Of a stretch of DNA of 64,000 nt, positions 46,806 to 62,408 are shown one piece after another. Location of the stretch: the NCBI RefSeq assembly GCF_009914755.1, contig NC_060937.1, one strand, 5' to 3'. The translations under genes and the position numbers were made by a program. Source of the DNA: the human T2T-CHM13v2.0 reference genome, Homo sapiens. How positions within the stretch are numbered: the first letter of the stretch is position 1; each line of letters begins with the position of its first letter. The notes under the pieces were generated by a model. The model was not told the origin of the DNA. It was given only the letters and a program-made list of their open reading frames with translations, and searched no databases.

Positions 46806-47260
46806 GTTAAGACATTCTAGGTCACAGGATGAGATGGGAGGTCAGTACAAGATACAGGTCATAAAAACCTTGCTGTTTAAACAGTTGCAGTAAAGAAGCC
46901 GGGCAAAACCCATCAAAAACAAGACGGTGACAAGAGGGACCTCTGGTCATCCTCACTGCTACACTCCCATCAGCACCATGACAGTTTACAGATGCCATGC
47001 CAATGTCAGGAAGTTACCCCTATATGGTCTAAAAAGGGAAGGCATGAATAATCCATCTCTTGTTTAGCATATCATCAAGAAATAAACATAAAAATGGGCA
47101 ACGAGCAGTCCTCAGCGCTGCTCTGTCTATGGACTAGCCATTCTTTTATTCATTTACTTTCTGAATAAACTTTACTCTATGGACTAGCCCTGAATTCTTT
47201 CTTGCAGGAGATCCAAGAATGTTCCCTTGAGGTCTGGATTGGGACCCCTTTCCTGTAACA
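46806..47260 (+). mobile_element. MER41A LTR (ERV1), missing about 90 bp at the 5' end
   Basis: gtcacaggatgaga...gtcaggaagttaccc...ggtctggattgggacccctttcctgtaaca matches the MER41A consensus as I recall it. Confidence 0.88.
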
Positions 47261-47399
47261 CCTGCTCTGGAGAAGTTTGGGGTGAAAGAGACAGGCTCAC
47301 TAAAGGGAGCAAAACACAGTGCAAAGAGCATAATAAAAGGATCAAGAGTCAGAAGGTATAGGCCATTTTTAGAAGTCTTGATTAGCACTTCCCAAATAT

Positions 47400-47600
47400 T
47401 TAGGAAGATGGAGGCAGGGACTGGAGTGATACTGCCACCAGTTAGGAAATGCCTGGAACTACCCGAAAGGGGAATAAACAAAAAAGGATCCTCCCCTAAA
47501 GGCTTTCAGAAAGAGCATAGCTCTGCCAACAACATAATTTTGGATTTCTAGCCTCCACAACTTTGAGAGAATAAATTTCTCACCCTGGTTTGTGGAGTAG
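47400..47600 (+). mobile_element. MLT1 LTR fragment
   Basis: gaagatggaggcag...tctagcctcca...gagagaataaatttct motifs. Confidence 0.7.
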
Positions 47601-48139
47601 AGGCAAAATAAAGATACTGGGTCAAAGAAGACCAAGTTAGAATGAGGAAACTGGGTGGCCTTGCTATTCAAAATGTGGCCAGAGGACTAAGAGCATCAAA
47701 TTGATACAAATGCAGGATCTTGGGCCCAACCCCCAGACCCATCAAAGCAGAGCCTGCATTTTCACAAGATCCCCAGCTGATGTACAGGCCCATTAGGACT
47801 GAGAAGTACTGCTCTAGGGACACAGATGATGGAATCAGGCCTTATGCTCTTGGTATGCCTTATGCTTATGTTGAGCATAATGCCTTCTATTCTGACTCTT
47901 CTTTAACACCTGTTCAGAAAGAGGCTTAGCCTCTTTTCTTTTGGAATGTAGATAAGCAATGCTGAGACTACAATGGTGAGATCTGCAGAATGTAAACTAG
48001 TTTTCTGTTTTTACATAGCCATTATCAGCAAGCATTCTCAGAAGCTTCTAACTGACCTTAAAATGACTACAGACTCTTTCTTTTTTTTTTTTGGAAGCTA
48101 AGCAGAATGAGTCACAACCTTACCTCCTCTTTGTTCTTT

Positions 48140-48482
48140 GTGGTGGCTACAGAGATGTGCCACCCACCGCATGGCCCTTCAATGAAGTACTAGTCCCAGC
48201 TGCCCTCCTAAAGGGGCAGCTGGCTTTCAGTGATGAAGTGGGCCCAGCCATTTTGGCCCAGTGCAGTCCAGTGCATGGCAGCTCTGATGGGTCATCTCCA
48301 CTCCAGATCTCTCCATGGCGTTGGCCTAGGCTGCTGCTCCTGTATTCCAGCTCACTTCTCCCTCTGCCTGCTCAGCTCCTGCCCTCTCCCTTCCACAAGT
48401 GTTGATCCCAAGGGCACTCCACAATACTCCCTGAACACTAAATTCTGTCTCTGAGTCTGCTTTCTGAAGATTCCTATGACGT
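48140..48482 (+). mobile_element. LTR16-like ERVL LTR remnant
   Basis: tgtggtggct start; ...ctgtctctgagtctgctttctgaaga...gac 3' end typical of the LTR16 group. Confidence 0.55.
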
Positions 48483-49139
48483 ACCATAAAGAAAATGTAA
48501 GTTTGCCAGGGCTTTGGGCAGAAGTGGAATATAAATCTTACACTGGGCATTGAAAGATCTAGTTCAAGTCTCAGATCAGCCACAGAGAGGCAGTGTGGTC
48601 TTGAACAAGCATCTTATTGTTTATGAACCTCAAATATCTGTAAGACAAGAACAATTCCTCCCCATCTATCTCACAGAGCTGTTGTCATGAGGACTTCAGA
48701 TGAGATAATATGTGTCTGGGGAAAGCACTCTATAGAGTGCAAGACATTAGATATTTTATTATTAGTCAGTAGATTCTAGAGTTTGTTTTGTATTTTGTTG
48801 TTGTTGTTGTTTCTTTGCCTGTTTCTTAAATCCATTCTTCTCAGCATTAAACCATTCAGATCACTCTAGCAAAATACTTCTCTGGGTTAGTCTCATATTT
48901 GGCTGAGAATGTGAGTCCTAAAGGTTCATAAGGAGTTGTCAAAAATCAAAAAGACCTATTTATCTTTGTCTTCCTCTTTTTCTGGAAGAGAAATAGTCTC
49001 AGACTAGTGTAATAATTCACTTACTAGTAAATTTCTATGAGAGAAAAATTAAGAGATATAATAAGAGCCTCTACACCTACAGCAACCTTCAGAGACCTTT
49101 GAGCTCCTCATTTAAATTTACTTTAAAAAACACATTCTT

Positions 49140-49516
<377 letters not shown>

Positions 49517-49681
49517 TCACAATTAAATTTCAGTTGCCCTTCAACAATTCTTTGGGTCCAGAAACAAGCAGCTCTTCTCTTTCCCTCTCTGTTCATCTCT
49601 GTTCTCTTTTTCCCTTAGGATCTTGCAATTTTTTTAAGGTTTTCTCCCCTTGAAGTTCTTGGCCTCCAAAATTCCTTATCC

Positions 49682-50243
49682 TGAAGCCATCCTCACAGGA
49701 TTAACAAAAATTCTGGAAAGACATATAATTAACCACTGATCAAGCTGCACTTTGGCCCACTTCCTTGTAATTGAAAGTCAGGTAGCACTAGATACTGATC
49801 ATTTGCATTCCTATTTTTCTGATGGATAGGATTTCTGACGTTAGAATCTGTTTAAAAATTAATTTGTATGCCCATTGTTCTTATAGATAGGATCTCTGAC
49901 GTTAGAATCATAAGGCTTTCGTTTAGGAGTTGCTTAAGAGGTTTTTTTCCAAATCCCCAATTCCAGTGACCCTCCACATAGGAACTGAATCTACATGATA
50001 ATGCAGTTTCTTCATCTCCCTGTGCCATGACATCACCGTGCACTCCTCAATGAATCAATGATCTCCAAATTTCAGCCCACCCCAAAACCCTTAAAAACCC
50101 TTGCCCTAAACTCCTCATGGAGATATGGATTTGAGGTTTTAAGTGACCCTAACTAAGATTAAACCTCTTTCTCCGCTGCAACTTGGTGTCTTGGAGTACT
50201 GACTTGCCATGAACATCAGGCAATGGACCTATTATGGTTGAAA
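49682..50243 (+). mobile_element. ERV1 (MER4-group) solo LTR, subfamily uncertain
   Basis: tgaagccatcctcacagg start; ccttaaaaaccct...gatttgag...attaaac core typical of the MER4 group; internal 24-bp direct repeat. Confidence 0.65.
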
Positions 50244-52843
50244 TTCTACCTTGGTCCTGCTTGATCCAGTATCATTATTTTGCCTTCACCCCCCAACCCA
50301 GGATGTATACTTCTTTCCCACCCATACTGCACCCCTATAGTTGATGGATTTTCCCGCTATTAGTATTTAAAGGCTAATTTAGCTAATTCAGAGGTCAACT
50401 GGTATTACAGAAAGAAGCTGGGTGGAGACAGGCTGCTTTCAGATAATATATAACATGTGCATGTTAATAATAACCTTCTAAAGGCAAATAGTCTGTGGGA
50501 ACCATTTCTCCATCAGTGTAATGGTGGAGATTTTGGACTTGACAATTGAGGGGGCCCAGACTCCAGCTGGTTGTGGGAGCAGAGATAACTGCTAGAAAGG
50601 CCACTTTCACCCTGAGGAGGTCCCTCCCCAGCCCTAATCATTTGAAATGGACGTCTTCACCTGCTAGTTTCCTTCCTGCCAAGTTCTGGGAATGTTGATG
50701 CTATCTTACCAAAAGCTTTTCAGGTCTCCTTAATTCTCATTGGTCTAGTCGTATACTTGGCTTTAGAACAAAGAGGATTTCAGTGTCTGTCAATGATGAT
50801 CTCCTGTGATCTAGCAGTTCTGAAAGATGAACTTGCCAAAATGAGAAAATTAAAAGAGAAGTGCCCTATGTGGGAGAAAAATTATGCATTAAAGTGCTAA
50901 GTATCACCCAAGAGATAAGTAGTAAGTATAAGTACTCAAAGACACTTACAGTATCTTAACTTTCACATTGAAAAAAAAAAATTGTGCAGCTTTTAAACTC
51001 CCTCAGTTTTGTATTTTCCGAGGTAGAAGCTGTGTGAAAAGAGTGATATTGCCTGTGGTGTTTGGAAGCTGACTGGCAGTGACATTAGGCAGCAGTCTCC
51101 TGTGAGAAGCACAGCTCGCATTCAGACAGGGTGAAGAATGGCAGAGAAAGGCTCCAGGAAGTGAGGCGGGACATACGGAGACGCTATAAAGGTTAAGTGG
51201 GAAAGCACCACTGAGAAGTTCAAATACTACTACAAGCAACACAGGCTTACCAGCTCATTTACTGGGTGTGTTGGCATGTGCACACTGAGAGCTCCCAGGG
51301 CTCCTGCAGCATAAAAATCAATATAGGCAAGAATCCCCTTCCTCCTTCTCTTTTTGTTCTTATAAATTGGAAAATATAAGGCCCATATCATTCTGATGTT
51401 CCCCAAAAGTCCTAACTATCCAAAATGATTAAAAGCAAAAAGTCATTCACTCCATTCAGCGAAATGAATAGAGAAGAAAATGAAAGGATGGGGATTGGGG
51501 AGACATATTTAACCAATTTTCATATATTCCAGAATGATCTTTATGCCTGCCCCTCATGTAGATGTAATATGTGAACACGGCTGAAAGAGATATTTTTATC
51601 TCCTATTAGCATATGCATGGACCTCTGCTTCACATGATTAATGTACATGTATATGTCTGAAATCAGTCAAATGAGTTATAATGAAACTTCATTCCTAAAG
51701 GGCTTGTTCATTGAGTTATTAATGTATAAAGAAAAGAACGTTAAAATGCAAGCCTTAGGAAAATAAAAACAATAGCTTCAGTTTTTGCAAGATAGGCATG
51801 CTATTCGCTTTTGCTCAGTATCGGTTTCTCAAAATTAATAATCATCAATTGCAAGAAAGAAATAATTCAAGTTTTTTAAAAGTCTTGACTAATGACGCAA
51901 TTTTTACAAAGCAGAGAATAAGTTGTATGGTTTTTAATAATCTTTTAGACTTAGCATCTGAGTATTTTTTCAATTAAGAAACAACATTTTTAAGGAAAAT
52001 TCAACTGTGTAAGTAGCTCCTAATGACTACTATAAAATTAAACCAGATTAATGATTTGGTCTCTCTTTTCTAATAAATGACTTAGAAAAGTTTAATTTCC
52101 TAGAATGTCACGTAAGACTATTTCCATGTATTTTTCTATTAATCAAACATTGAAAATCCAAATGTATGAGTGCGTAGATAGCTGATGTTAAATTGGTTTT
52201 AAAATGAAGTACATTATTTCTCTGGTCCAAAAGCTATTACTGAATTCTACAGAGATGTCTGTGATTGTGTTTGTAAGCATAACTATCATGGTTTCTGAAA
52301 TATGATTTAAAAATCAATATCTAAAAGAATTTTAAATGCATACTTGGACATTATTCATCCTAGAGATATGCATATCTCATTTTCTAGAAAAATCAAAGGC
52401 ATACTCTTTCAAAATCAAAATTATATTTTCAATTCTGTCTGCATTATTTGATTGCATAGGAATAATACTTAGATTTAACCAATTTAGAGGAAGAACTATA
52501 TGATGAAAGAATATTAAACTTGAGTAGCTTAGCCTTCATCTTCTATAGCTAGAACTCGATGTCTTAGCAATATAAGTCTACCAGAAATACTGACTAACAA
52601 AGAAATTATTATAGTAAAAATGAACTCCAAGTTTCTTTTATCTTAATGTTTCTGAAGAAATACAGGAAAAAGAACTATTATGAATGAGTTCAATATTGTT
52701 GTTCCCTAATTATATAATACTTAGCTCATTTTGCTAAGGTATGTTTGCAGAAACAGAATGATGACTTAATATTGTACAGATTAAATCTATGAAGAACAAT
52801 TGCTAAATAATAAAGCAAAAAATAAATATAAAAATTTTTTGTT

Positions 52844-53260
<417 letters not shown>

Positions 53261-53618
53261 TTATTCTGTAATTATACATTACTTTAAGATTTTGAATTCA
53301 TGCTCTGATATATAAGTAGATTATGATTAAATGAATTGACACATTAATCTGGTCCATGACATATCAGGCTATGGTTGATTCACCACTCATTACAGTTTCA
53401 TCTTTAGTCTACAGTCAAATCTAAACCCAGCTTTCTTCTGAGGGAAGAAGTATTGAGAATTTTATTTTTATTTATTTATAATACTTAAATGTTTATCATT
53501 TCCAAATTTCATTGAAATGATAAATTTTGTTGATTCTCTGGCACTTCAGAACTTATAATTTAATATTTTAGGCATATTCTTGAAAATTATTTATAATTTG
53601 TTGTGCTTTAGTTTAGTA

Positions 53619-54213
<595 letters not shown>

Positions 54214-54700
54214 TATTGTGGTTTTAGTAGGCATTTTTTCATGATCTCAAATCAGAAGCTTTAACTATAAAATACTTAGAGCCTCTTACTATAGAACTTG
54301 GTAGGTGTTGATTAGAAAAGGCAATTACAGAAATACATCATTTAGAAATACATAGTCCACAGAAAAAAAAATGAAATACATAAATATATCACAAGGAATG
54401 TACAAGGTCTCATATCTGTGTGCAAACCTGAAGCATAGGGAGCTACTTCCTTAGAGTAACTTTCCAAGCACTGTCAAGCCACTGCCAGACCACCATTGGT
54501 CCACTGGGTAGCAAAGGAGGGGCTGTGTGCAAGAGAGAAGCCAAGGACAATTCAGCCCAATGATGCTAAGAAGACCTGGACACACTTAACTACAAACTTT
54601 CAACCACTAAATCCCAACCAAGACGGGAATGCTCCCTCTTCTTGGCTGTCTATACCCCTCAAGCTGCATTTTATCCATCTGCCTTCAAAATGACTATTGA

Positions 54701-55295
54701 GGCCAGGCGCGGTGGTTCACGCCTGTAATCCCAGCACTTTGGGAGGCCGAGGTGGGCAAATCACCTGATGTCAGGAGTTTGAGACCAGCCTGGCCAACGT
54801 GGCAAAACCCCGTATCTAACTAAAAATACAAAAATTAGCCGGGCGTGGTGGTGGGCACCTGTAATCCCAGCTACTCAGGAGACTGAGGCTGGAGAATGGC
54901 TTGAACTGAGGAGGCAGAGGTTGCAGTGAGCTGAGACTGTGCCACTGCACTCCAGCCTGGGCGACAAGAGCAAAATTCCAACTCAAAAAAATAAAAATAA
55001 AAATAATGCTGTTGGCCAGCCACGGTGGCTCACACCTGTAATCCCAGCATTTTGGGAGGCCGAGGCGGGTGGATCACAAGGTCAGGAGATCAAGACCATC
55101 CTGGCTAACACGGTGAAACCACATCTCTACTAAAAAATACAAAAAATTAGCCAGGCGTGGTGGTGAGCGCCTGTAGTCCCAGCTACTCAGGAGGCTGAGG
55201 CAGGAGAATGGCATGAACCTGGGAGGCAGAGCTTGCAGTGAACCGAGATTGTGCCACTGCACTCCAGTCTGGGCGACAGAGTGAGACTCCATCTC

Positions 55296-55338
<43 letters not shown>
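54701..55338 (+). mobile_element. AluS (54701-~55003) followed by AluY (55014-55338) with (TAAA)n tail
   Basis: AluY TSD aataa(t/g)gctgtt. Confidence 0.92.
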
Positions 55339-56497
55339 GGCTGTTGAGTTAACCTGATTTCAGATCAATAAATTGTTAAGATAGAAACATGCTGTTAGCG
55401 GTTTTTACACTGTGCGCTCATATAGGGACAATGCTGCACTGATTTTCGCCTCCACAGGCCTTTCCCTTCTGGCCAATTCCCTCATGAGCCCTCTAGGCTG
55501 CCTAGCCAACAAGTATACATGTAATTTTTCTCAGCAGAGCTCCAGAGTTTGGTCTATCTATTTTTAATGTTCCTGAGGATTAATTTATTACAGCTCTTGA
55601 AATTCAATGAGTCCCAGCTCTGAATCATGTTGAAGGCCGTGGGTGCAGAACACAAAGCTTCAGGAACCTACCTAGAGCTGGAAATGCTGCAGTTGCGTTT
55701 TAGGATATAGCATATACATGGTTCTTTCGGCAGTCACATGTCTTTTAATCTAATGAAAGCAGAAAAGTGCTAGCTGGAAATAACTGAATCTGCAAAGCTA
55801 GCTAAGATGATTCAAATCTGAAACACTTCACCCTGACCCCAAGCCTGTCCTGAGACAGCTTTGCATTTTATTGAATTAATCATTAATGTTGCAGCACCTC
55901 TAGTTTTATTCCATCATTAGAATGACATCATTTGGAAGAAGTAAAGAAGTTGCTATAGATTTAGTGGACCAAGACAATCAATTGAAGTTTCTTAAAGGTG
56001 AAAAGATGGCAGAAATTCTTGTCCTTGGCTTGCCTGCAAGATTTCCATTTGCCCACATACATACTATATATTATTTTCAGTACCCCCCACGCCCATCACT
56101 TCTCATATTCTCTACAGCTGGTTCTGTATTTTCATGGCAAATAAACTCACAGTTGTTCCACAAACTCGAATTTCCAGGAAAATCATATAAAACAGTAATA
56201 GAAAAAGAAGGAAAAATTTATATCTTTTCAAATCATTCTTCTTACTTTGTATCTTCTAAAAAAGAGAAACATTTATTCATTCATTTATCCTCATATTGAA
56301 AGGGGGAGTAAGATGTGCTCCCTTTTGCGAGGAGCTCATAATTTATGAAAGTGGTTTTTAAAATGTGGGTTAGTAATCTCTTTTGGATTTCAATGAGAAC
56401 CAAAACTCTTACTAGGAAAATGAACAAACCCATATAAAACTTCGAATATAAATGTTTAGGGAGTTGATAACCACCTGTGGCCCATCTATACAGCCCA

Positions 56498-57018
56498 TGT
56501 TATGAACTGAATGTTTATGTCCCCCTAAAATTCATATGTTGAAGTTCTCATCCCCAGTGCGATAGTATTTGGAGATGAGGCTTTTGGGAGGCAATTTGGG
56601 TTAGAGCAGATAATGAGGGTAGGCCCCTCATGGTGAAATTAGTGGCCTCATAAGAAGAGAAGAAAGTGATAGTCCTGTTAGAAGCATGTAGCACTGTCCA
56701 CAGCTTCACTGGGAGAGGACAAATGAAAGATCTACCCATGGAGCTTACTTAGACTCTGATTTATGTGCTGCTTTTTTGACTGACTTTAATCTGGACCCCT
56801 TCCAGAATATCACTATGCTATAATACACCATAACTGTGAGTATAACAGACTTCACTGAGTTCTGTGAGTCCTTCCAGTGAATTTCTCAAACCCGGAGATT
56901 GCCTTGGGGACCCCTAGACTTGAAATTGGTATCAGCAAGGAGGGTGGTCTTGCAAACCCCTGAACAGTGTGGTTGGTGTCAGAAATGAAGGTGGTCTTGG
57001 GGACTGCCTAACTCTGCA
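56498..57018 (+). mobile_element. MLT1A-like LTR 5' fragment (~56498-56670) followed by MER21-like LTR 3' part
   Basis: tgttatgaactgaatgtttatgtcccc start; gagttctgtgagtccttccag...ttggtgtcagaaatgaagg 3' motifs. Confidence 0.65.
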
Positions 57019-57616
57019 CTTATTAAACATGCTTAAACTTAAGACTTTATAATGCCATCAAAGAAACTAGTCACCTTTGGAGGATATTAGGAAAACAATT
57101 TTCTTAAAAGACTGGCAAATAAAAATGCAAGCATTTGTTTTACCTTAATTACATTAACTGTACATTTATTTGCCTTAATTATATTAACTGTATACTTATG
57201 ATAATCAAATTATAGATTAGAGGAGGTGTACCTTCTTAAAAGTAATACAAGTAAAACAATAAACCAACAATGACCAAAATGTAATATTACTATTTTGAAA
57301 CCCTTAATAAATTAATAGATTTAGGCCCTACATATCAACAGTGCTTGAAACCACAAAAAGAGAAATGACCAGATAATATATTTTTCCTGCTGAAAGAACA
57401 CTAGCACCTCCTTGCCAAAGGAACCAAACCTGAGTCTGATCAAGTACCTGAATCCAGTTATGAATTTGCAGGCAATAATGAGGACAGAGATAACTGTTAA
57501 ACTGAACAATGAGTATTATGCAGTCAACAACTGTGGGAAACTCTATTGGTCAAAAAGTGCCAGTTTAGCAATAGAAAAATTGTAAAGAAAGTAAAGGAAT
57601 AGAAAAAGAATCTGTA

Positions 57617-57948
<332 letters not shown>

Positions 57949-58226
57949 TCAAATTATAAAATGGGGAAGATTCAATGATAATATCTAAGGATGAACATTT
58001 ATTTAGGTGATAGAACTATAAATAAGTGTGAGGAAGTAATTATTAGAAGTCAGGCTAGTGGTTACTTAAGGCAGATATGAGGGAGCTGTGATTGCAACAG
58101 TGGGGGCTGGAAATGTTCCATTTCTTGATTAGTTGGCTGAGTGGTAGCTACAAGAATACTCTCTTATGTGATTTATTAAGCTACACATTTGTTTTGCATG
58201 TTTTTCTTTACCTTGTGAATTTGACT

Positions 58227-58527
<301 letters not shown>

Positions 58528-58535
58528 GAGGTTGA

Positions 58536-59023
58536 TTTTTTTTTTTTTTTATTATACTTCAAGTTTTAGGGTACATGTGCACATTGTGCAGGTTAGTTAC
58601 ATATGTATACATGTGCCGTGCTGGTGCGCTGCACCCACTAACTCGTCATCTAGCATTAGGTATATCTCCCAATGCTATCCCTCCCCCCTCCCCCCACCCC
58701 ACCACAGTCCCCAGAGTGTGATATTCCCCTTCCTGTGTCCATGTGATCTCATTGTTCAATTCCCACCTATGAGTGAGAATATGCAGTGTTTGGTTTTTTG
58801 TTCTTGCGATAGTTTACTGAGAATGATGGTTTCCAATTTCATCCATGTCCCTACAAAGGACATGAACTCATCATTTTTTATGGCTGCATAGTATTCCATG
58901 GTGTATATGTGCCACATTTTCTTAATCCAGTCTATCATTGTTGGACATTTGGGTTGGTTCCAAGTCTTTGCTATTGTGAATAATGCCGCAATAAACATAC
59001 GTGTGCATGTGTCTTTATAGCAG
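58536..59023 (-). mobile_element. L1PA2-like 5'-truncated L1 3' end (~490 bp)
   Basis: ORF 58756..58998 is the ORF2 C-terminus (MFIAALFTIAKTWNQPKCP...SLIGGN); G-rich 3'UTR; GAG rather than ACA/ACG at the Ta-diagnostic site; short gattttt TSD. Confidence 0.93.
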
Positions 59024-59636
59024 GATTTTTTAACTCAAGGGCAAGGCTTGCACTTACCCCCACTAAATTATATTCATCTCATGTCCCTGGATTCTTAAGA
59101 TGCCTTTGGATTCTCATGCTACCCAACGTGATTGTTATTCTTCTTGGCTTAATGCTATCCACAAATTCAGGGGCAAAGTATCTTCAGCAAAACAACGAAT
59201 TTAAAAAAGAAGTTGACAACCTAAATTCTAGATCTTGATTTGGGTGGTGCTTGCACAGGTGTATATATTCATCAAAACTCACCAAACTCTACACTTAAAA
59301 TAGGTCCATGCCTCCCTCATGTTTGCTTGTTTAATTTGCTTTCCTTTCCTGACAGCAGGAGTCATTCATTGTGACTCATCCACAATCATGCAAACAACCA
59401 GCTGAAGATGAGGGAACAACTTGTTGGAAGGAACCCAAGGCTCTGCATGACCATTTGGGGTACAGCTACTTACTGACTGGGAATGTTTACCTACAGCTTT
59501 TAGGTGAGAGAAAAACAAACTTCTTTCATTTTTAAGCCACAATATTGTCAGGGGTATTTGGAACAGCAGCATAGTCTATTACTCTAATAACTCAATTGCC
59601 TTCAGAAGCCAAGCAAGGAACAGAAATATACAAAGA

Positions 59637-60202
<566 letters not shown>

Positions 60203-60487
60203 CTAACAAAGAGGCAGGAGTAAGACACTGAGAACTGTGGTTAGTACATACTGTCCTAAAAGCACTCAAAAAACTGTAATTTTTTTAAGCATTCTGTACT
60301 GAAAACAAAATGCAGGGTCAAATTCTATCTGATGGCTATAGTTTGCAAACCTAGGTTAATCAGGACAACTGGAGTAAGATTATTCTTCCAGCTACAAATT
60401 CATGTAATTTTCTTGCACACATTTCTTCTCTTTGTATAGAAGTACATCATAAGAGACCTAAGCAAATGACTTACTAAAGTACACGTT

Positions 60488-60948
60488 TTCTTGATTAGGA
60501 TATAACCTAAGCTGCTATCACATGGAGACTTAAAAATGCAGTGGCTCAGATAAAATGCAGGCCTATTTCTCTTTAACATACAGCATCTGGGGGGAGATAG
60601 GTGTTTTTTCTTCATGTGGCCATCCAGGGACTCAGGGACCCTCTAAGCTGTTGCTCCACCATCCCCTGGGTATTGTTCTGACTGCTTGGTTGACGTTCCC
60701 TCACCACTTTTGGACTGCAGAACAAGGAAGGAGAAAGTGGAGGGGAGCAATCCAGGGACCAGACTGATGGCTCCTTATTACACCCCATTAGCCAGAACCT
60801 AGTCATGTGGCCACACCCAGCCACAGTGGAGTGCAGAAAGTGGAGTCTCTATATAAGCCATCATGCTCCCAATTAAAACTCAGTGGGTGCTTTTAATAAA
60901 AAGATGGGGAGAATGTTTATTGGGGAACAATTAGCCGTCTCTGCCACA
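60488..60948 (-). mobile_element. MLT1K/J-like LTR
   Basis: cattagccagaacctagtcatgtggccacacc motif; ends tctctgccaca. Confidence 0.75.
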
Positions 60949-61375
60949 TATTCACTAGTCTAATAAGTTTCTGGACGATCTGACGTTATATTCTTCAACA
61001 ATCTCTGCTGGATTCTTGGTCTTCACTTTTTATTAGGAGCAAACTTTGAATAACCCATTCTAGACCCTCACTCAGAATCATTGTCAGGTTCATCAGTCTT
61101 ACTTTGCAGAAATGAACGCTTTTTGCTTTAGAAAACTGGGGTTCACTTTTATTTTTTCCCATCTCCCTAGAGCACTCACCCCTCAGGATTCTTCAGAGAT
61201 CAATACCTTGGTGACTTCAGTCTCAACCACTCCTGGTGCCATGGAATATCATTCTTACAGGTCACGCGACAGAAAAATAAAAAAGTAAAGGAAAGAAATG
61301 AAACTATTTCAACTAGTCTAGTGAATAGGCAAAAACAAAAAGTGTTAGGAAATTAAAAAGGGTAATTAAAAAAAA

Positions 61376-61668
61376 TTTTTTTTTTGAGATGGAGTTTTGC
61401 TCTTGTTGCCCAAGCTGGAGTGCAATGGCATGATCTGAGCTCACTGCAACCTCCACCTCCCTGGTTCAAATGATTCTTCTGCCTCAGCCTCCCAAGTAGT
61501 TGGGATTACAGGCACCTGCCACCACACCCAGCTAATTTTTGTATTTTTAGTAGAGACGGGGTTTCACCATATTGGCCAGGCTGGTCTCGAACTCCTGAGC
61601 TCAGGTGATCCACCTACTTGGGCCTCCCAAAGTGCTGAGATTACGGGCGTGAGCTACCGCACCTGGCC
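61376..61668 (-). mobile_element. AluSq/Sp-like
   Basis: ggagttttgctcttgttgccca end; full reverse body. Confidence 0.92.
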
Positions 61669-62196
61669 AAAATTCATTTTTGAGAGTTTAGCTACATCAA
61701 GAAAAGGCTTCAAGTCATTTATTAAACAATGGATCATGATTTTTATGTCAATCTTCTTTACACACATGCATCCATAGGGTTTTGTTTTATTTTATTTTAC
61801 CATCACTCAAGCTAACTAGAATTGTGAACATCAGCTTCTCTGAATAATCACTATGAAATCTTCCAAAAGAAAGGAAAGGGCTATAATCCTAGCCTAAATT
61901 TTTGGCTGTCCTCCCAATTAAGTGTCAAAACAATCAATCACTGCCTTCGGGATAACTATTCTTTATTTTACTGAAGAGCCTTTTTAGTGGTTGATTCTGA
62001 ATAATTATATATCATGCTTGACTTTCCTTGCATATAATATGAATTTTTTTTCTTATTCTCTATGGTAACTGCTAAAATATTTCAAGCTTATTTCTTTTCT
62101 CTCTTAAGTACATATCTAGTTTTCTGGGGCAGGAGGAATCTGGAAATATACAAAGGCAGAGTTAGTACAGGAAGTTTAGGTTAAAAGAAACATACA

Positions 62197-62408
62197 CAGT
62201 CATCCTTCAGTACATGCAGGGGATTGATTCCAGGACTCCCATGTATACCTGTGCATACTCTGTGGAAGGTAGATAGGGAAAGTCAGCCCTCAGTATATGT
62301 GGGCTTAGCATCCCATGAATTCTGTATTTTTCAACATGTTTGGTTGAAAAAAATCTGTGCATATGTGGACACCTGCAGTTCAAACCCACCTTGTTCAAGG
62401 GTCAACTA
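62197..62408 (+). mobile_element. MER8-like TcMar-Tigger element
   Basis: cagtcatccttcagta...ggttgaaaaaaatc...gttcaagggtcaact termini and core. Confidence 0.85.

Noticed and set aside
55720-55745. ttcggcagtcacat resembling the U6 snRNA 5' end
   Set aside because: The match is only ~13 nt with an insertion, does not extend and has no TSD; likely chance.
58536-59023. Active L1HS-Ta element
   Set aside because: It is only ~490 bp and carries GAG rather than ACA at the Ta-diagnostic site.
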